Program-made: the position numbers and the translations under genes | NCBI GenBank assembly: GCA_009859145.1 | Contig: VRVR01000026.1 | Span: 252,446 to 316,445 of the forward strand | From: Andalucia godoyi And28 | Lineage: Eukaryota; Protista; Jakobida | Length of the DNA stretch: 64,000 nt | Direction: 5' to 3' | Notes under the pieces: generated by a model | The model's input: the letters and a program-made list of their open reading frames with translations, nothing else | What the model was told of the DNA's origin: nothing | Database searches by the model: none | Part shown: one piece after another, positions 1 through 10,602 of the stretch | Layout: each line of letters starts with the position of its first letter | Position numbering within the stretch: position 1 is the stretch's first letter

Positions 1-2004
1 GCATGACCCGCTGCCGGCGGACGACGAGTGGCCGTCTGGGCACGCCACGCATAGGTTTCCGGTGGATGCGTTGGCATGGTAGCCGGTAATACATAACGTG
101 CAGTCCATATGGAAATTGTCAGGTTGCTGGCCCTCCGCACACACGGCGCAAGTGTACAGGGTGCTAGCGTTTGAATGATAGGGACCTGTGCAAGGGAGGC
201 AGGCATCTTGAAGAGAACTTGGACCTGATCCAGCAGTGCATGATTGGCAACTAAAGGATGTTAAGTTATTCGAGTACGTGTTTGAGGGGCACTGTGTGCA
301 ACTGGCATCGCCTGATGCCGATGTATATCCATTTGCGCAGTTTTCGCACTGATCCTGATTTGGGTCTGGGGCGGTCCCTGCTGGACACGGCGTACAAGTC
401 CATGATGTGGCAGCGTTAGAGTGGGAACCGGCCAGGCAAACCTCACAGCCATCATTGGTGCCCTTCAGCTGATTTCCAACGGCGCACTGTATACACGCCG
501 CGTGCCCGACATCGGGGTATGAGCCAACGCCACAGGGCGTGCAGGCGGTCACACTAGAGTTCGCAAAGTTCATTCCAGTGCAGTTCAAACATTGCATATG
601 ATCAGGAGATGCTTCTTTTCCATCAGGGCACACCGCACATGGGCTATTCGGCGATGCCGAAAATGTTCGGTCCTGGCATAGGGAACATACCAGATTGGAT
701 ACCAGTCCAGAGCCTGCCGGACAGATGCACGACGATCCAGATGACGTAAAATTCGAAGCACATTGACATCCCGTTCCGGTGGCATTTTGAACAGCGTGTG
801 CATTACAAGGATGGCAAGACTGCCCATCTCCGTACTCAGTAATCGGGCAAGTCTCACAAGCACACTGACCAGTAGAATTCAAGGAGAGCGTCTGCCCAGA
901 AGTGCAATATGTGAACGTTGAAGCACAGATATAGAGGCGCAAAGTCTGTTTCCTCATGAGAGTAAGTGCTGGCGCGCCGGCTGCAGCGCCATCAGCGCGA
1001 AATACAGCACTTCCTTGAACGGTTGTATTGTCAGAAGCCGATAAAAATTTCACATCCTGCGTTCCAGATGGTTTGAAGTATACCTGGCCAGGAGTGACGT
1101 CTGAATCACTTCGAAAGCAATTAAGTTGGTAAGGCTCGCAAAGGTCCACGTTCGTCACCGATAGATTTTGGCAAAAGCATTCTGTTTTTGTAAACGACTG
1201 TGACGATGTTGCGAATTGAGTATTGTTGTGCGATGGCCACGAGGCAACCCCACTTGGACTGACGACACCGCTCGTGAAATACTTCGCGCTCAGATCACCA
1301 TATAGAAGGAAATTAAAAAGAAATTTAGATTCTGCTTCGTTCTGAAACTGCATCAACGGACAGCTACCCAATCCATTCCAGATGATTGTCGGCGAACTGA
1401 GAGTATTCCAATACACAGAATCCAGATCCAAAACGGATGGATAGTCCGAACTGGTCTTAGTCACAGAAGGAAAGAAATACCAGATGTCATCGCTGAAAAG
1501 CTTCAATGCCGTTTGCGTTGGAGACGGTACCAGTGTGAACGTCACATCAGCATAGAACTCCATTACATCTCCTGGATCCACACTACTATCTTGAGATTGG
1601 AATTCAATGTACAAACCAGCCAAGGCAAGATTGACTCCGGCTGGAATCGAATCTGCAGACGGCCACACAAAATTTACCGAGAGCAAAGGTGCGAGAGAAT
1701 TGTAGAAAAAGAAGGGGCTATTGCTAGGCAAAGCTTCATCTCCCGACAAAGCGATAGTTGGCAGTTCAAAATCCTTACCGTTAGAAGATTTGACATCCAA
1801 AGACAAGAGATAGAAAGGCTCCGCAGTCAAGATGCCAGTGGTATCGACTGATACGGGAGTAGTAAAAAGAGGAAATGTGGCGGTGGTGCTTCTAATAAGA
1901 ACTTGGGTCGACGGCAGACCTTGAATAAACGAAGCAGAGCACGGCTTGAAAAATGAAACAAGAATCCCAAATAGAAAAAGTGAAGTGACAGTGAAACCGT
2001 TCAT
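1..2004 (-). CDS. Secreted or cell-surface cysteine-rich repeat protein (GCC2/GCC3, ephrin-receptor-like CxxC repeats); 3' end runs off the window; missing from the ORF track
   Basis: Hand translation of the minus strand: ATG at 2004 gives MNGFTVTSLFLFGILVSFFKPCSA (signal-peptide-like). No stop in the stretches translated (781-2004 and 1-240); 241-780 not fully translated. C-terminal part has repeats such as CAVCAEGQQP, CTLCITGYHANASTGNLCVACPDGHSSSAGSGSC and many NxS/T sequons. Confidence 0.85.
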   Translation of the reverse strand, partial: MNGFTVTSLFLFGILVSFFKPCSASFIQGLPSTQVLIRSTTATFPLFTTPVSVDTTGILTAEPFYLLSLDVKSSNGKDFELPTIALSGDEALPSNSPFFFYNSLAPLLSVNFVWPSADSIPAGVNLALAGLYIEFQSQDSSVDPGDVMEFYADVTFTLVPSPTQTALKLFSDDIWYFFPSVTKTSSDYPSVLDLDSVYWNTLSSPTIIWNGLGSCPLMQFQNEAESKFLFNFLLYGDLSAKYFTSGVVSPSGVASWPSHNNTQFATSSQSFTKTECFCQNLSVTNVDLCEPYQLNCFRSDSDVTPGQVYFKPSGTQDVKFLSASDNTTVQGSAVFRADGAAAGAPALTLMRKQTLRLYICASTFTYCTSGQTLSLNSTGQCACETCPITEYGDGQSCHPCNAHAVQNATGTGCQCASNFTSSGSSCICPAGSGLVSNLVCSLCQDRTFSASPNSPCAVCPDGKEASPDHMQCLNCTGMNFANSSVTACTPCGVGSYPDVGHAACIQCAVGNQLKGTNDGCEVCLAGSHSNAATSWTCTPCPAGTAPDPNQDQCENCANGYTSASGDASCTQCPSNTYSNNLTSFSCQSCTAGSGPSSLQDACLPCTGPYHSNASTLYTCAVCAEGQQPDNFHMDCTLCITGYHANASTGNLCVACPDGHSSSAGSGSC

Positions 2005-2696
2005 TGGAACTCTTTGATGCGGCACTATCGGACAGGAATCACGTCTGTGTGCCGCAGAATGGAACATCCACCGGGTTATCATGCCTGCAGCAATGTGAAT
2101 CAGCTTTGATGACAGAAATATATTGACGCCAACAAAAAAGAAAAATCCAACCAAGCTGTTAAACAAGATTTCGGAATAGGTAATGATTATCGCACAACAA
2201 CAGAAGAAAGCCAAGCGAATCCTATGAAGTGTATGGGGAAGAGCAAAACTGAAAAAACTGAATAAATGAAAAGAAAAGACGCTTGGTGAAGTTTGCGTCT
2301 CATTCAGATAGCGGACGAGTTGTGCTTCCCCCTCTTCTTCTAAATTTGATATCCCCCAAACGTACAAATATCTTTTCCAAAGCCCGAAAGACCTGATGCT
2401 CAACAGTCGTGCGAGCAGATCCTTTCACGAGCAATCATCGTCATCACGTCCCCAACTCTCAACGTTTGCTCCGTCGGTGCTGAAGTTCCCTACGCAGAGA
2501 CACGAGCTTTTTTCCCAAGCAAAATTTCCCCGAGTGTGGTCGAAGAACATCGACATTCGCTTTCTCACCAATAGCAGTATCAATAATCACAATAAAATCG
2601 GATACTTAACGACTGGCAGTTTTTCTTCTTCGCTTGAATTATATCTGGGAAATCGTGAATTGTTAAAACGGAAACGGAGGATTTTTGCATAGGCAA

Positions 2697-4367
2697 ATGA
2701 ACGGGGATGCAGCGAAGGCCACGTGTCAATACTGGGTTTCAAAGAAGAATCGAACGTGTCGATTTCCCCCTATAACGGCAGGAGCGTCTTTTTGCACATT
2801 TCATACGCATCCGACGGACACGAACGATGATTTTGTGTGCTGTGATTGGTGCAACACGAATGTGACCAAGGCGAATTTCAACCGACATCGTCTCAAGTGC
2901 AATGGAAGAGCGGAGCTTGATCTCGCAAATTCGTCTTTTCACAAAAGAGGTGTCCATTTGCGGTCGGCGCACTCGCTGCAGAATGAAATTCGACATTTGA
3001 CTTCTGTTGCTGCACCGCATAAGCCGGTTCCTCCTGTCGATCCCACTGTACCTTTTGTCTCCTCCTCCTCCTCCTCCTCCTCCTCCTCCTCTTCTTCTTC
3101 TTCTTCGTCGTCGTCGTCGTTGCTGTTACACAATCATGATGGGTCGACGAATGGAGATAGTTTTGCGGGCAACAGCGGCGGTCACCGGGCAGACAGAGAG
3201 CATTGCAATGAGTGCGTTTCGGAAAATCAGCTGCAGCATTTGAAGCATGTGATTCAGCGCATGATCCCGCAAATAGAGCGCACGGTGCAAAAGTATGGAT
3301 ATGAAGGATCAGGGCCAGGCGACAGCAGGTGGATTTCCAATGCGTTTCGGTCGACGGACGTTACACCGGACATTGATGCTTTAAAGTCGCACGATGTAGT
3401 TTGGGGTGTTATGCGCTCCATGGGTAGACACCGCAGGCGGCACTTTTTGCAGACGGCGCGTATTGTGCAGGAGATGCAGAGTGTCCTGCGCAGCGTTTGC
3501 CGACTTGAGACGCTTGAGAATGCACTGTTTTGCGAAGTCGGGGCTGGGAAAGGCGGATTGTCAAAGTGCATCCACGAGTATTTTGGGGCCATGCACGTTG
3601 TTGAGGTGGATCTAGGGAACTTCAAGGATCGCAGAGAAACACGGCTCAAGAAGAATGCAAAGTTCTTCAAGAGATTGAAGCTCGATTTGGCTGACTTCGA
3701 CTTTGATGACTACTGCGCAACGGCTCTTCCTCAGGAGGTTCGAAAACTGCCTCGAGTCATCATTGGAAAGCATGTGTGCGGTGCAGCGACCGATATCTCT
3801 TTGCGACTTGCTCAGAACGCAGATGCAGTGTTCATTGCAACATGTTGTCACGGAAAATGCATTTTGGACGAGTATGCGAGCCCGTCGTTTATGAAGCAGG
3901 AGGGGTTTTGCACCGCTGAAGAGTTCCGCGGTCTCTCCGTGTTGAGCGTGAAGACGACGATGGTGCTCGTCCGAGATCCAAGCACGGAAGATGCAGTGGA
4001 TGCGGAAAGCGAGGTTGTGGTGGCCGACAGCGAAGAATCGTCTTCCGTGGAAAAGGCTGCTGCTGCCATCGATGCGCGACCTGCAAAGAAACCGAAACAC
4101 TGCAACTTTTTGCAGTTGACGTCAGAGGAGCTGGAGCAAAAGCTTCGTAATGAGTACCGATTCCTTCCACTCTCCGACGATGCTCGGACTGTTGCAACTC
4201 AAGGGCGCAGTGCGCGCATGGTCATCGATCTTGGTCGTATTCATGCACTTCGGGAGTGGGGATTTGATCATGTTGAAGTCCGACATTATTGCGCCGAGGC
4301 GTTCTCACCCGAGAACACGCTAATTATCGGAATTCGTACTAATCGATTCAAGCCAGCCCAAGAATAG
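2697..4367 (+). CDS. TRM13: tRNA:m4X modification enzyme TRM13
   Basis: N-terminal CCCH finger (CQYWVSKKNRTCRF...FCTFH), CHHC-type finger (CDWC...RHRLKC), SAM-binding EVGAGKGGLS, GKHVCGAATD, CCHGKC, IDLGR and SPEN motifs. First ATG at 2697; the track starts at TTG 2685. Confidence 0.9.
   Translation: MNGDAAKATCQYWVSKKNRTCRFPPITAGASFCTFHTHPTDTNDDFVCCDWCNTNVTKANFNRHRLKCNGRAELDLANSSFHKRGVHLRSAHSLQNEIRHLTSVAAPHKPVPPVDPTVPFVSSSSSSSSSSSSSSSSSSSSLLLHNHDGSTNGDSFAGNSGGHRADREHCNECVSENQLQHLKHVIQRMIPQIERTVQKYGYEGSGPGDSRWISNAFRSTDVTPDIDALKSHDVVWGVMRSMGRHRRRHFLQTARIVQEMQSVLRSVCRLETLENALFCEVGAGKGGLSKCIHEYFGAMHVVEVDLGNFKDRRETRLKKNAKFFKRLKLDLADFDFDDYCATALPQEVRKLPRVIIGKHVCGAATDISLRLAQNADAVFIATCCHGKCILDEYASPSFMKQEGFCTAEEFRGLSVLSVKTTMVLVRDPSTEDAVDAESEVVVADSEESSSVEKAAAAIDARPAKKPKHCNFLQLTSEELEQKLRNEYRFLPLSDDARTVATQGRSARMVIDLGRIHALREWGFDHVEVRHYCAEAFSPENTLIIGIRTNRFKPAQE
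3060..3119 (+). repeat. Composite (TCC)n(TCT)n(TCG)n microsatellite encoding about 20 Ser inside TRM13
   Basis: Read directly from the sequence. Confidence 0.95.
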
Positions 4368-4731
4368 GATGCATTCAAAAATCTCTTTGCAGTTTTATTT
4401 TTTAAATTAATAAAATGAAAAATAACATTCGAGATGTCTTTTGGGGGGCGGCGTGCACGTACGTTTTTGAGTATTAACATTTTTATTTTTATTGATTTTT
4501 TTTCACCTGTGGAACAAGAAGGATTGGAGATCGTATTTGGTGTTTTGTGATTCTTTTCGTTCATTCTTTCTCTTCTTCTTCATCTCTTTCTTTTTTGTGT
4601 TTTTTAGTTTCTTTTGTGAGCCAATTGAAGAGAGAAGAAAAACGCCCAGACAGGAAAAGACTGGCGAATGAGCAGCAGCAGGAATAAAGCAAGCGAGAAG
4701 AAAAAACAGGACGGTATTTCCTTTGGAACAT

Positions 4732-5739
4732 CTACTGGAGATGTCCCATGGCAATGAGGGATGCGACGGTGTCCTTTAGAGATTCCCGAGCCGAGATAAA
4801 GTTAATTCCCAGCACGTGCTGGACGCGGTCTGTCTTGAACACCTGTTTGGGAGCCTTGACGAAGCCCGGCTCATCCGATCCAGCAACCTTAGTTGGGATC
4901 CTGCTTCTAATTTCTTCGGAAGGAGTGATTTCCCGCAGAATATTACAAATATCTTCCCAATGCACGACTTCGCTGACGCACAAATGTCGATGACCAGCAG
5001 CAGCATCATTTTCGAATGCTGCAACATGTGTTTGAACGACATCGCGAACGTCAACAAGCGGAACTGTTGAATTTGGGATTGTTGTTCTCGATCCGTTCAA
5101 GTATCCAAGAATCATCTCATGGGAAGTATTCAAATGTGTCGTTAGCAGCGGGCCGGTAACCAAGCATGGGTTGACCACTCGCAAGTCCAAATTCCCAGCG
5201 CCCGGCCTGCCAAACTCATCCCAAGCAGCTCTTTCTGCCAAAGTTTTGGACAGCGGATACCATACTTTTGCAGCTCGCATGTATTCCACATCCGACCATG
5301 TATTCTCGTCAAATGCAGCGACATTGTCTTTGCGGACCGCAACAGCAGCTGTCGAGCTTGTTAGAACCACTCGTCGGACACCCAGGCTCTTGCAAGTTTT
5401 GAGCACCTCTCTCGTTCCGTCGAGTGCTGGCTTGATCAATCGTGCTTCTGCATCGTCCAAAGTCTGGACACCGGACAAGAAAAACGGAGACGCGGTGTGA
5501 AACACGCCGTCGGTCCCCTGGATTGCAGCACTAAACGAACCTGGATTCACGAGGTCTGCTTCGAAAAGTTTCAATTTCTCCTTTGATTTCGGAAGACTTT
5601 GAAGCGGAGCGAGTTTTTCAGTGTTTGAAAACGAACGCACTGTCCCATGCACTCGATATCCTTTCTGCAACAATGCATCCACCAGCTGAACCGCAATGAA
5701 ACCAGACGCTCCAGTTACGACAACGCGACTCGCAGCCAT
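4732..5739 (-). CDS. NAD(P)-dependent epimerase/dehydratase-family reductase (cinnamoyl-CoA reductase/dihydroflavonol reductase-like extended SDR), 335 aa
   Basis: VVVTGASGFIA Rossmann motif, VFHTASPF, LTSSTAAV, WYPLSKTLAE (YxxxK), VNPCLVTGP. ATG at 5739; the longer track ORF is an artefact of the upstream (GA)n repeat. Confidence 0.92.
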   Translation of the reverse strand: MAASRVVVTGASGFIAVQLVDALLQKGYRVHGTVRSFSNTEKLAPLQSLPKSKEKLKLFEADLVNPGSFSAAIQGTDGVFHTASPFFLSGVQTLDDAEARLIKPALDGTREVLKTCKSLGVRRVVLTSSTAAVAVRKDNVAAFDENTWSDVEYMRAAKVWYPLSKTLAERAAWDEFGRPGAGNLDLRVVNPCLVTGPLLTTHLNTSHEMILGYLNGSRTTIPNSTVPLVDVRDVVQTHVAAFENDAAAGHRHLCVSEVVHWEDICNILREITPSEEIRSRIPTKVAGSDEPGFVKAPKQVFKTDRVQHVLGINFISARESLKDTVASLIAMGHLQ

Positions 5740-5767
5740 ATATATACATAAATATACCAAAATGAAG

Positions 5768-5771
<4 letters not shown>

Positions 5772-5838
<67 letters not shown>
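5772..5838. repeat. (CT)n/(GA)n microsatellite just upstream of the reductase start
   Basis: About 33 CT units seen directly. Confidence 0.95.
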
Positions 5839-5842
<4 letters not shown>

Positions 5843-6168
5843 TTCTTCCTCCGCTCAGAAAGGTCTGCTTCAAAACAAGGATTAAGAAAAGTACAATCAG
5901 CAAGAAAGTTCAGTTTCAGCACACGAATTGGAAGAGAGAGCTGTCATTTCGTCGAAGACCGCGTATGCCAGGCAAAAATCGACTGTACGAAACAAAAAAG
6001 CCGGAGGTTGGGGGGTGAGTACGTGTGTCAGTGATGTCAGAGTCGTCAGTGATGTCAGTGATGTCACTGCAGACTGCTGGAGAGGAGGAAGGCTGCTTGC
6101 CCATTAGTCTGCAGCAGCCGTAGCCAAAGCCGCAGGATGAACGTGTTCGTGGATGCAACTTGGGAGAA

Positions 6169-6504
6169 ATGTCGTCACTGCGGGTTTATTATGTGACTGT
6201 TCCTTCGGTGGTGGTTGGGAGGACCATTGGCGAGCATCTTGTGCAGTCGCGGATTGCTGCGTGTGTGAATGTGATACCTGGAGTTGAGAGCATCTACGAA
6301 TGGAACGGGAGTGTGCAGCACGATCAGGAGGCTTTGCTGATGATCAAGAGCACCGCGGACCAGTTCCAGCGCTTGTCAGACAGCGTCAAGAAGCTTCATC
6401 CGTATGAAGTTCCCGAGATCATCGCCGTTGCAATTGACAATGCCGATCCCGCATACGCAGAGTTTGTCCGGAAGGGATCTTCCAAGACACCTCAGCCACC
6501 GTAG
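6169..6504 (+). CDS. cutA: Divalent-cation tolerance protein CutA
   Basis: YYVTVPS...LVQSRIAACVNVIPGVESIYEWNGSVQHDQEALLMIKST...HPYEVPEIIA is the CutA1 signature. ATG at 6169. Confidence 0.95.
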   Translation: MSSLRVYYVTVPSVVVGRTIGEHLVQSRIAACVNVIPGVESIYEWNGSVQHDQEALLMIKSTADQFQRLSDSVKKLHPYEVPEIIAVAIDNADPAYAEFVRKGSSKTPQPP

Positions 6505-6713
6505 TCTGCTCTTTTTTTGCGTGACTCCTTGCCAGACGTTTGTACGACAGCTGACGCGTCAGCTCGCTCCTTTTTGATTTTCCCTGATTTGATTCCATTT
6601 TTTGCTATGTGATTTTCGTTATTATTGTTTTAATTTATAAAAATGAAAAAAGGTACAGCATTTATGAATTGCAGTACTTGACGGTGTCATTTTTTGGGTT
6701 TAGAAAGATAGGC

Positions 6714-7643
6714 ATGGCAAAGAAGAAGAAGGCCTCTGCACCGCTCCCTCCTCCGGCGGCTGAATCCGCTGGCGAGTCTGTGAAGTACATGTGGGAGTAT
6801 TCGTCGGATGAGGAGTCGATGGCTGGTTCTGCTGCGCCTGCAGTTGCAACGAGCGACAGGAATGTGAATGTGAATGCGAATGTGAATGCGAAAGCGCAAG
6901 TGCAGACGCAAGAGCAGGGGCAAGGGCAAGGGCAGGAGCCAGGACAAGAGCGACCATTGAGTACGATGAAAGGAGACGCAGCAGAGACTGGATCTCGGGG
7001 AGCAAGGAAAAAGGCAAAACAAGATGCGAAACGAGCTGCTGAGCGGGAAAGGGTAATGAGAGAGGCAGCGAACGCACCGGCTCGATCAGCAATTGAAAAC
7101 GGGCAGATTCAGAAATTGGTGGAATCGAGAGAAATGAAGATTTTTGAGGTTCCCCCGGATGGCCATTGTTTGTACAGAGCAATTGCATTGCAGTTGTACT
7201 CGGATCCTTCGCAGTATCCGCGCGTGCGGTGGCTTGCTGCGAATCATTTGCGAGAGTTTCCGCTTCGGTTCATGCCGTTTTGCGAGGTGTCGTCTGCGGC
7301 GCAGTATGAGAGATATTGTGGAGAAGTCGAGAAGAGCGCAGAGTGGGGCGGTCATGTCGAACTGTTAGCAATTGCACAAGCACTGAAGAGCAAAATCCAG
7401 GTGTTCTCGGGGGATTCGATCCTCGAGATTGAAGACGAGATTCCTATGGATGATCCGTATGGGCCCGCTGCAGACATAGACCACGACAACACCGAAAACA
7501 GCAGCATTCCGCTACGGGTCTCATTCCATCGATTTGCGTACTCTTTGGGCGAGCATTACAATGCAGTGGTTCCTGTGGACCAAGTGTATGGCGATGTTGA
7601 TTTTGGCGAGGATGGAGATGACATGGTGGAGGTGTCAGCGTAA
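6714..7643 (+). CDS. OTU-domain deubiquitinase (OTUD6B/Otu2-like)
   Basis: VPPDGHCLYRAI (catalytic D/C), WGGHVEL, SLGEHYNAV (catalytic H), and a Lys/Arg-rich helical N-terminus. ATG at 6714 (MAKKKKA). Confidence 0.9.
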   Translation: MAKKKKASAPLPPPAAESAGESVKYMWEYSSDEESMAGSAAPAVATSDRNVNVNANVNAKAQVQTQEQGQGQGQEPGQERPLSTMKGDAAETGSRGARKKAKQDAKRAAERERVMREAANAPARSAIENGQIQKLVESREMKIFEVPPDGHCLYRAIALQLYSDPSQYPRVRWLAANHLREFPLRFMPFCEVSSAAQYERYCGEVEKSAEWGGHVELLAIAQALKSKIQVFSGDSILEIEDEIPMDDPYGPAADIDHDNTENSSIPLRVSFHRFAYSLGEHYNAVVPVDQVYGDVDFGEDGDDMVEVSA

Positions 7644-7842
7644 AGCAGATTGCATGCGTATCGTGGCAGATTTTTGTCTCTCTCCCAGTGAATGGTTTAT
7701 AAGGTGCATGATTCACCAAGATTGTCGCGTATGATTTCCAAATTTCTATTTTCATTTTTATTTATGTATGATTTATAAAAGAAAAACTACTACAAGAAAA
7801 GGTGTTCCTGCATCAGGGCCAGAGAACTCTGCTGGGAATAAA

Positions 7843-10602
7843 TTAATCCAGTGCGCCGACGGTGTAGTCGAATTCGGAATCGTCTCCAAACAACGGCCGC
7901 TCTTTTCCAATGACGGTTTCGCTGGCGATGGATTCAATGGAACTTCGGTTGACAATCATCTCGTTGGACGATTGACGGCCGGGTTCGGGTGCCGGAGACA
8001 GAGAGATGCTTCCGGCAGGCTTTCGATGCGCTGGATGTGGATGCGTGGAGTGCGCAGGAGGGCTTGGCTGAGAAGGCGGGAGGAACACGTAGTTCTGGAG
8101 GGCGCGAACGATCTCCGGTGCTCTTGTGTTCAGAATCTCTTTCATCAGACCTTCCTCATCGATGTCAAAGTGTTTCCACACCGCCGTCAGATTCTTATGT
8201 TTCTTGACAGCGTACGACTGAACCGGCTGTGTCCGGTTTTTAACGTAGATTGGCTTCAATCTCTCCGCTTCTGCAAGCACGCTCTCGCAGTTCTGGTACG
8301 TTGCCTCTGAGATCAGCACTTCTCCAGGTCTTGCGTTGGATTCGAGACGAGAGCTGACGTTCACGTTGTCACCAAGCACGGTATGGTCCTTTCTTGTTTT
8401 TGCCCCGATCGATCCGGAGATGACAGGTCCTGAATTGATTCCAATTCGAACATTCAGTTGTCCAATACCAAGCGCCACCCACTCCTGGTCCAAGAATTCC
8501 ACAGCGTACTGCATTTCCAAAGCACACGCGACTGCACGAATGGCATGGTCGCCTGGAAACTTAATCGAGGACCACACTGCCATCACGGCATCTCCAATGA
8601 ATTTGTCAACCACCCCTTCGTACTTTTCTACGCAGGCGACCATCACCGAGAAGTAGCGGTTCAGACCGAGCACAAGCGTATCGGGAGACGTGTGTTCCGA
8701 GATCCTGGTGAAGCCTTCGATGTCTGAGAACAGCACGGTGCAGTCGATTGTTTGCGTGATTGACTGCAGGACTTCTTCGCGTTCGAGTGCCACCGAGTCC
8801 ACGACGGATCGCGGAACGTACTGCTCAAGTTTCCGCCGCTGAATAGACAACCATCGCTCTTTCTCCAGGGCAGACTGAAGTTCAGTGGCCTTGAACCGAA
8901 CTTCTTCATACAACCGAGCGTTTTCAATTGAGATGGCTGCGTGTGCTGCCAACGACAACAGCATTTGCAAATCCGAATCGTCAAAGCACGGCTTCCGCAA
9001 ACAGTTGATGACCTGAACGACGCCCAGGACTTTGCCGTGCACCTTCAGCGGCACGCACAGAATGGATTTTGTCACAAATCCCGATTTCTTATCTGCTTCT
9101 TTGTTGAACCGGGGATCCTGATATGCGTCTGGAACCAACAGGGGTTCTCCAGTCTGTGCAACGTATCCTGCAATTCCCTTTCCCACCGGAAATCGAAACT
9201 CCTTGATCGCCGAGCCTCTTGATCCCGTTGCAACATTGAACACAAGTTCCTGGGCCTTCTCATCCAGCAACATCAGCGAAGAAGCTTCGGACCTCATCAG
9301 CTGCTTTGATTTTTCCATGATTATCTCCAAAACAGCTTGCCGCTCCATAATAGATCCCATGGCGACAGTGATCTCGTTCAAGGCCCGCGACATTGCAAGG
9401 GACTGTCGAACATCTGCCAGTGAGTTTGCAGAAGAGGCTTTCGACAGAGCCTGCTGCGAGGGCGTGTCTTCGAAGCCATGGCCACTATGATGATGCATCG
9501 AAAAGTGAGACGAGTTGTGCATTTCTCCGAGACTCGACTTCCTTTCCAGATCCTCAGTCTTTTCCACTTCTTCGCTTGTTGTCGGTGTTCTTCGCTTCTT
9601 CAGCGAGTAGACGCTTCCGACCACGGTTGGGAACGCTGCTGACTGCGAGAATAAAATCGCCGGGGCTGCATTCGAGTTTGCGTTTGTGGACTCTCCCGGT
9701 TCGTCCGAGCCTTCATCCATGTGCTCGAGGACTTCTGCGACCAGCTGCGACTGAACCAGAAAGTATTTTCTGGAGACCAGTTCTGTTGAATATACAGAGA
9801 GCCCAGAAGTGATGAACATTGTGAACATGATGCAGATCCACCATCCGTCTTCGTCTGCTTCGGATCCCGAAAAGTTGTGATTTGCAAAGATTTGAACGAA
9901 AATGGAAATCAGAGAACTGACGACTGCAAGTGGAGCATAGATGACAAATCGGATCTGCATTAACGAATTCTGCACGAACGCAGCAACGATCACCAGCAGG
10001 TACGATATTCGCAGCTGCCAAGTTCCCGACCCGATGCTCCCCAGAACGGAAGCAGAATAAACGGAGGCGAGAAAAAGGCCGGAAAGTCTCTCCGACAGTC
10101 TCTCCCGTCCTCTCCGTGGAGCGAACAGCAGAGCAAGAACCATCAGTGGACCCGAGACAAACGCCCACACAATCCAGAGCACAGTCACATTCACAAACTC
10201 GTCGTCAAGGCGCACGATGCAAGTGTATGCCACAAGAGCGACCAGAAACACCATCCAGACCGCTATAAACCCAAACATTCTCGCCTTCCTCCTCGAGTTG
10301 CTTCGTGCAAACTGAAACGACAAAAAGTCCGTTTCCAGGTTTGTCCAGTGGAAACGCAGCGTCCACCATGAATACCGAAGAGGATTGTACAGATGCTCCG
10401 GAGTCGAAAGCTTCTGATTTCCTCCATCAGTCGTCGTAGTCGTAGTGCACGAAGCATCCTTAGCACCACCGCAGTATCCACGCCGTGCTTGGAAATATCC
10501 AGAGTACCGCGCAGCCTCTATAAGATCCGAAGCCGACGCTCCTCTCCGTGCATGCTCTGCGCTCGACGAGACACCTTCTTTCTCCGGGGCCACTCTCGAC
10601 AT
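7843..10602 (-). CDS. Membrane-anchored class III adenylate cyclase: about 6 TM segments + GAF + cyclase homology domain
   Basis: Six hydrophobic segments in the N-terminal third. GAF-like SEASSLMLLD...GKGIAGYVAQTG...DAYQDPRFNKEADKKSGFVTKSILCVPL. Cyclase motifs TVLFSDIEGFT, VDKFIGDAVMA, VRIGINSGPV, HTVLGDNVNVSSRLES. Confidence 0.92.
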   Translation of the reverse strand: MSRVAPEKEGVSSSAEHARRGASASDLIEAARYSGYFQARRGYCGGAKDASCTTTTTTDGGNQKLSTPEHLYNPLRYSWWTLRFHWTNLETDFLSFQFARSNSRRKARMFGFIAVWMVFLVALVAYTCIVRLDDEFVNVTVLWIVWAFVSGPLMVLALLFAPRRGRERLSERLSGLFLASVYSASVLGSIGSGTWQLRISYLLVIVAAFVQNSLMQIRFVIYAPLAVVSSLISIFVQIFANHNFSGSEADEDGWWICIMFTMFITSGLSVYSTELVSRKYFLVQSQLVAEVLEHMDEGSDEPGESTNANSNAAPAILFSQSAAFPTVVGSVYSLKKRRTPTTSEEVEKTEDLERKSSLGEMHNSSHFSMHHHSGHGFEDTPSQQALSKASSANSLADVRQSLAMSRALNEITVAMGSIMERQAVLEIIMEKSKQLMRSEASSLMLLDEKAQELVFNVATGSRGSAIKEFRFPVGKGIAGYVAQTGEPLLVPDAYQDPRFNKEADKKSGFVTKSILCVPLKVHGKVLGVVQVINCLRKPCFDDSDLQMLLSLAAHAAISIENARLYEEVRFKATELQSALEKERWLSIQRRKLEQYVPRSVVDSVALEREEVLQSITQTIDCTVLFSDIEGFTRISEHTSPDTLVLGLNRYFSVMVACVEKYEGVVDKFIGDAVMAVWSSIKFPGDHAIRAVACALEMQYAVEFLDQEWVALGIGQLNVRIGINSGPVISGSIGAKTRKDHTVLGDNVNVSSRLESNARPGEVLISEATYQNCESVLAEAERLKPIYVKNRTQPVQSYAVKKHKNLTAVWKHFDIDEEGLMKEILNTRAPEIVRALQNYVFLPPSQPSPPAHSTHPHPAHRKPAGSISLSPAPEPGRQSSNEMIVNRSSIESIASETVIGKERPLFGDDSEFDYTVGALD

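Noticed and set aside
2005-2424. Reading frame of the Cys-rich gene stays open about 140 codons upstream
   Set aside because: The sequence is T-rich and UTR-like on the coding strand, and ATG 2004 gives a proper signal peptide. Upstream ATGs near 2082 would bury it.
5740-5922. N-terminal extension with poly-ER in the 396-aa track ORF
   Set aside because: It is a translation of the (GA)n microsatellite from a non-ATG start; homology begins at MAASR (5739).
6026-6070. Short imperfect repeats of GTCAGTGAT between the reductase and CutA
   Set aside because: Three or four degenerate 9-mers with no spacers; a simple tandem repeat, not a CRISPR-like array.
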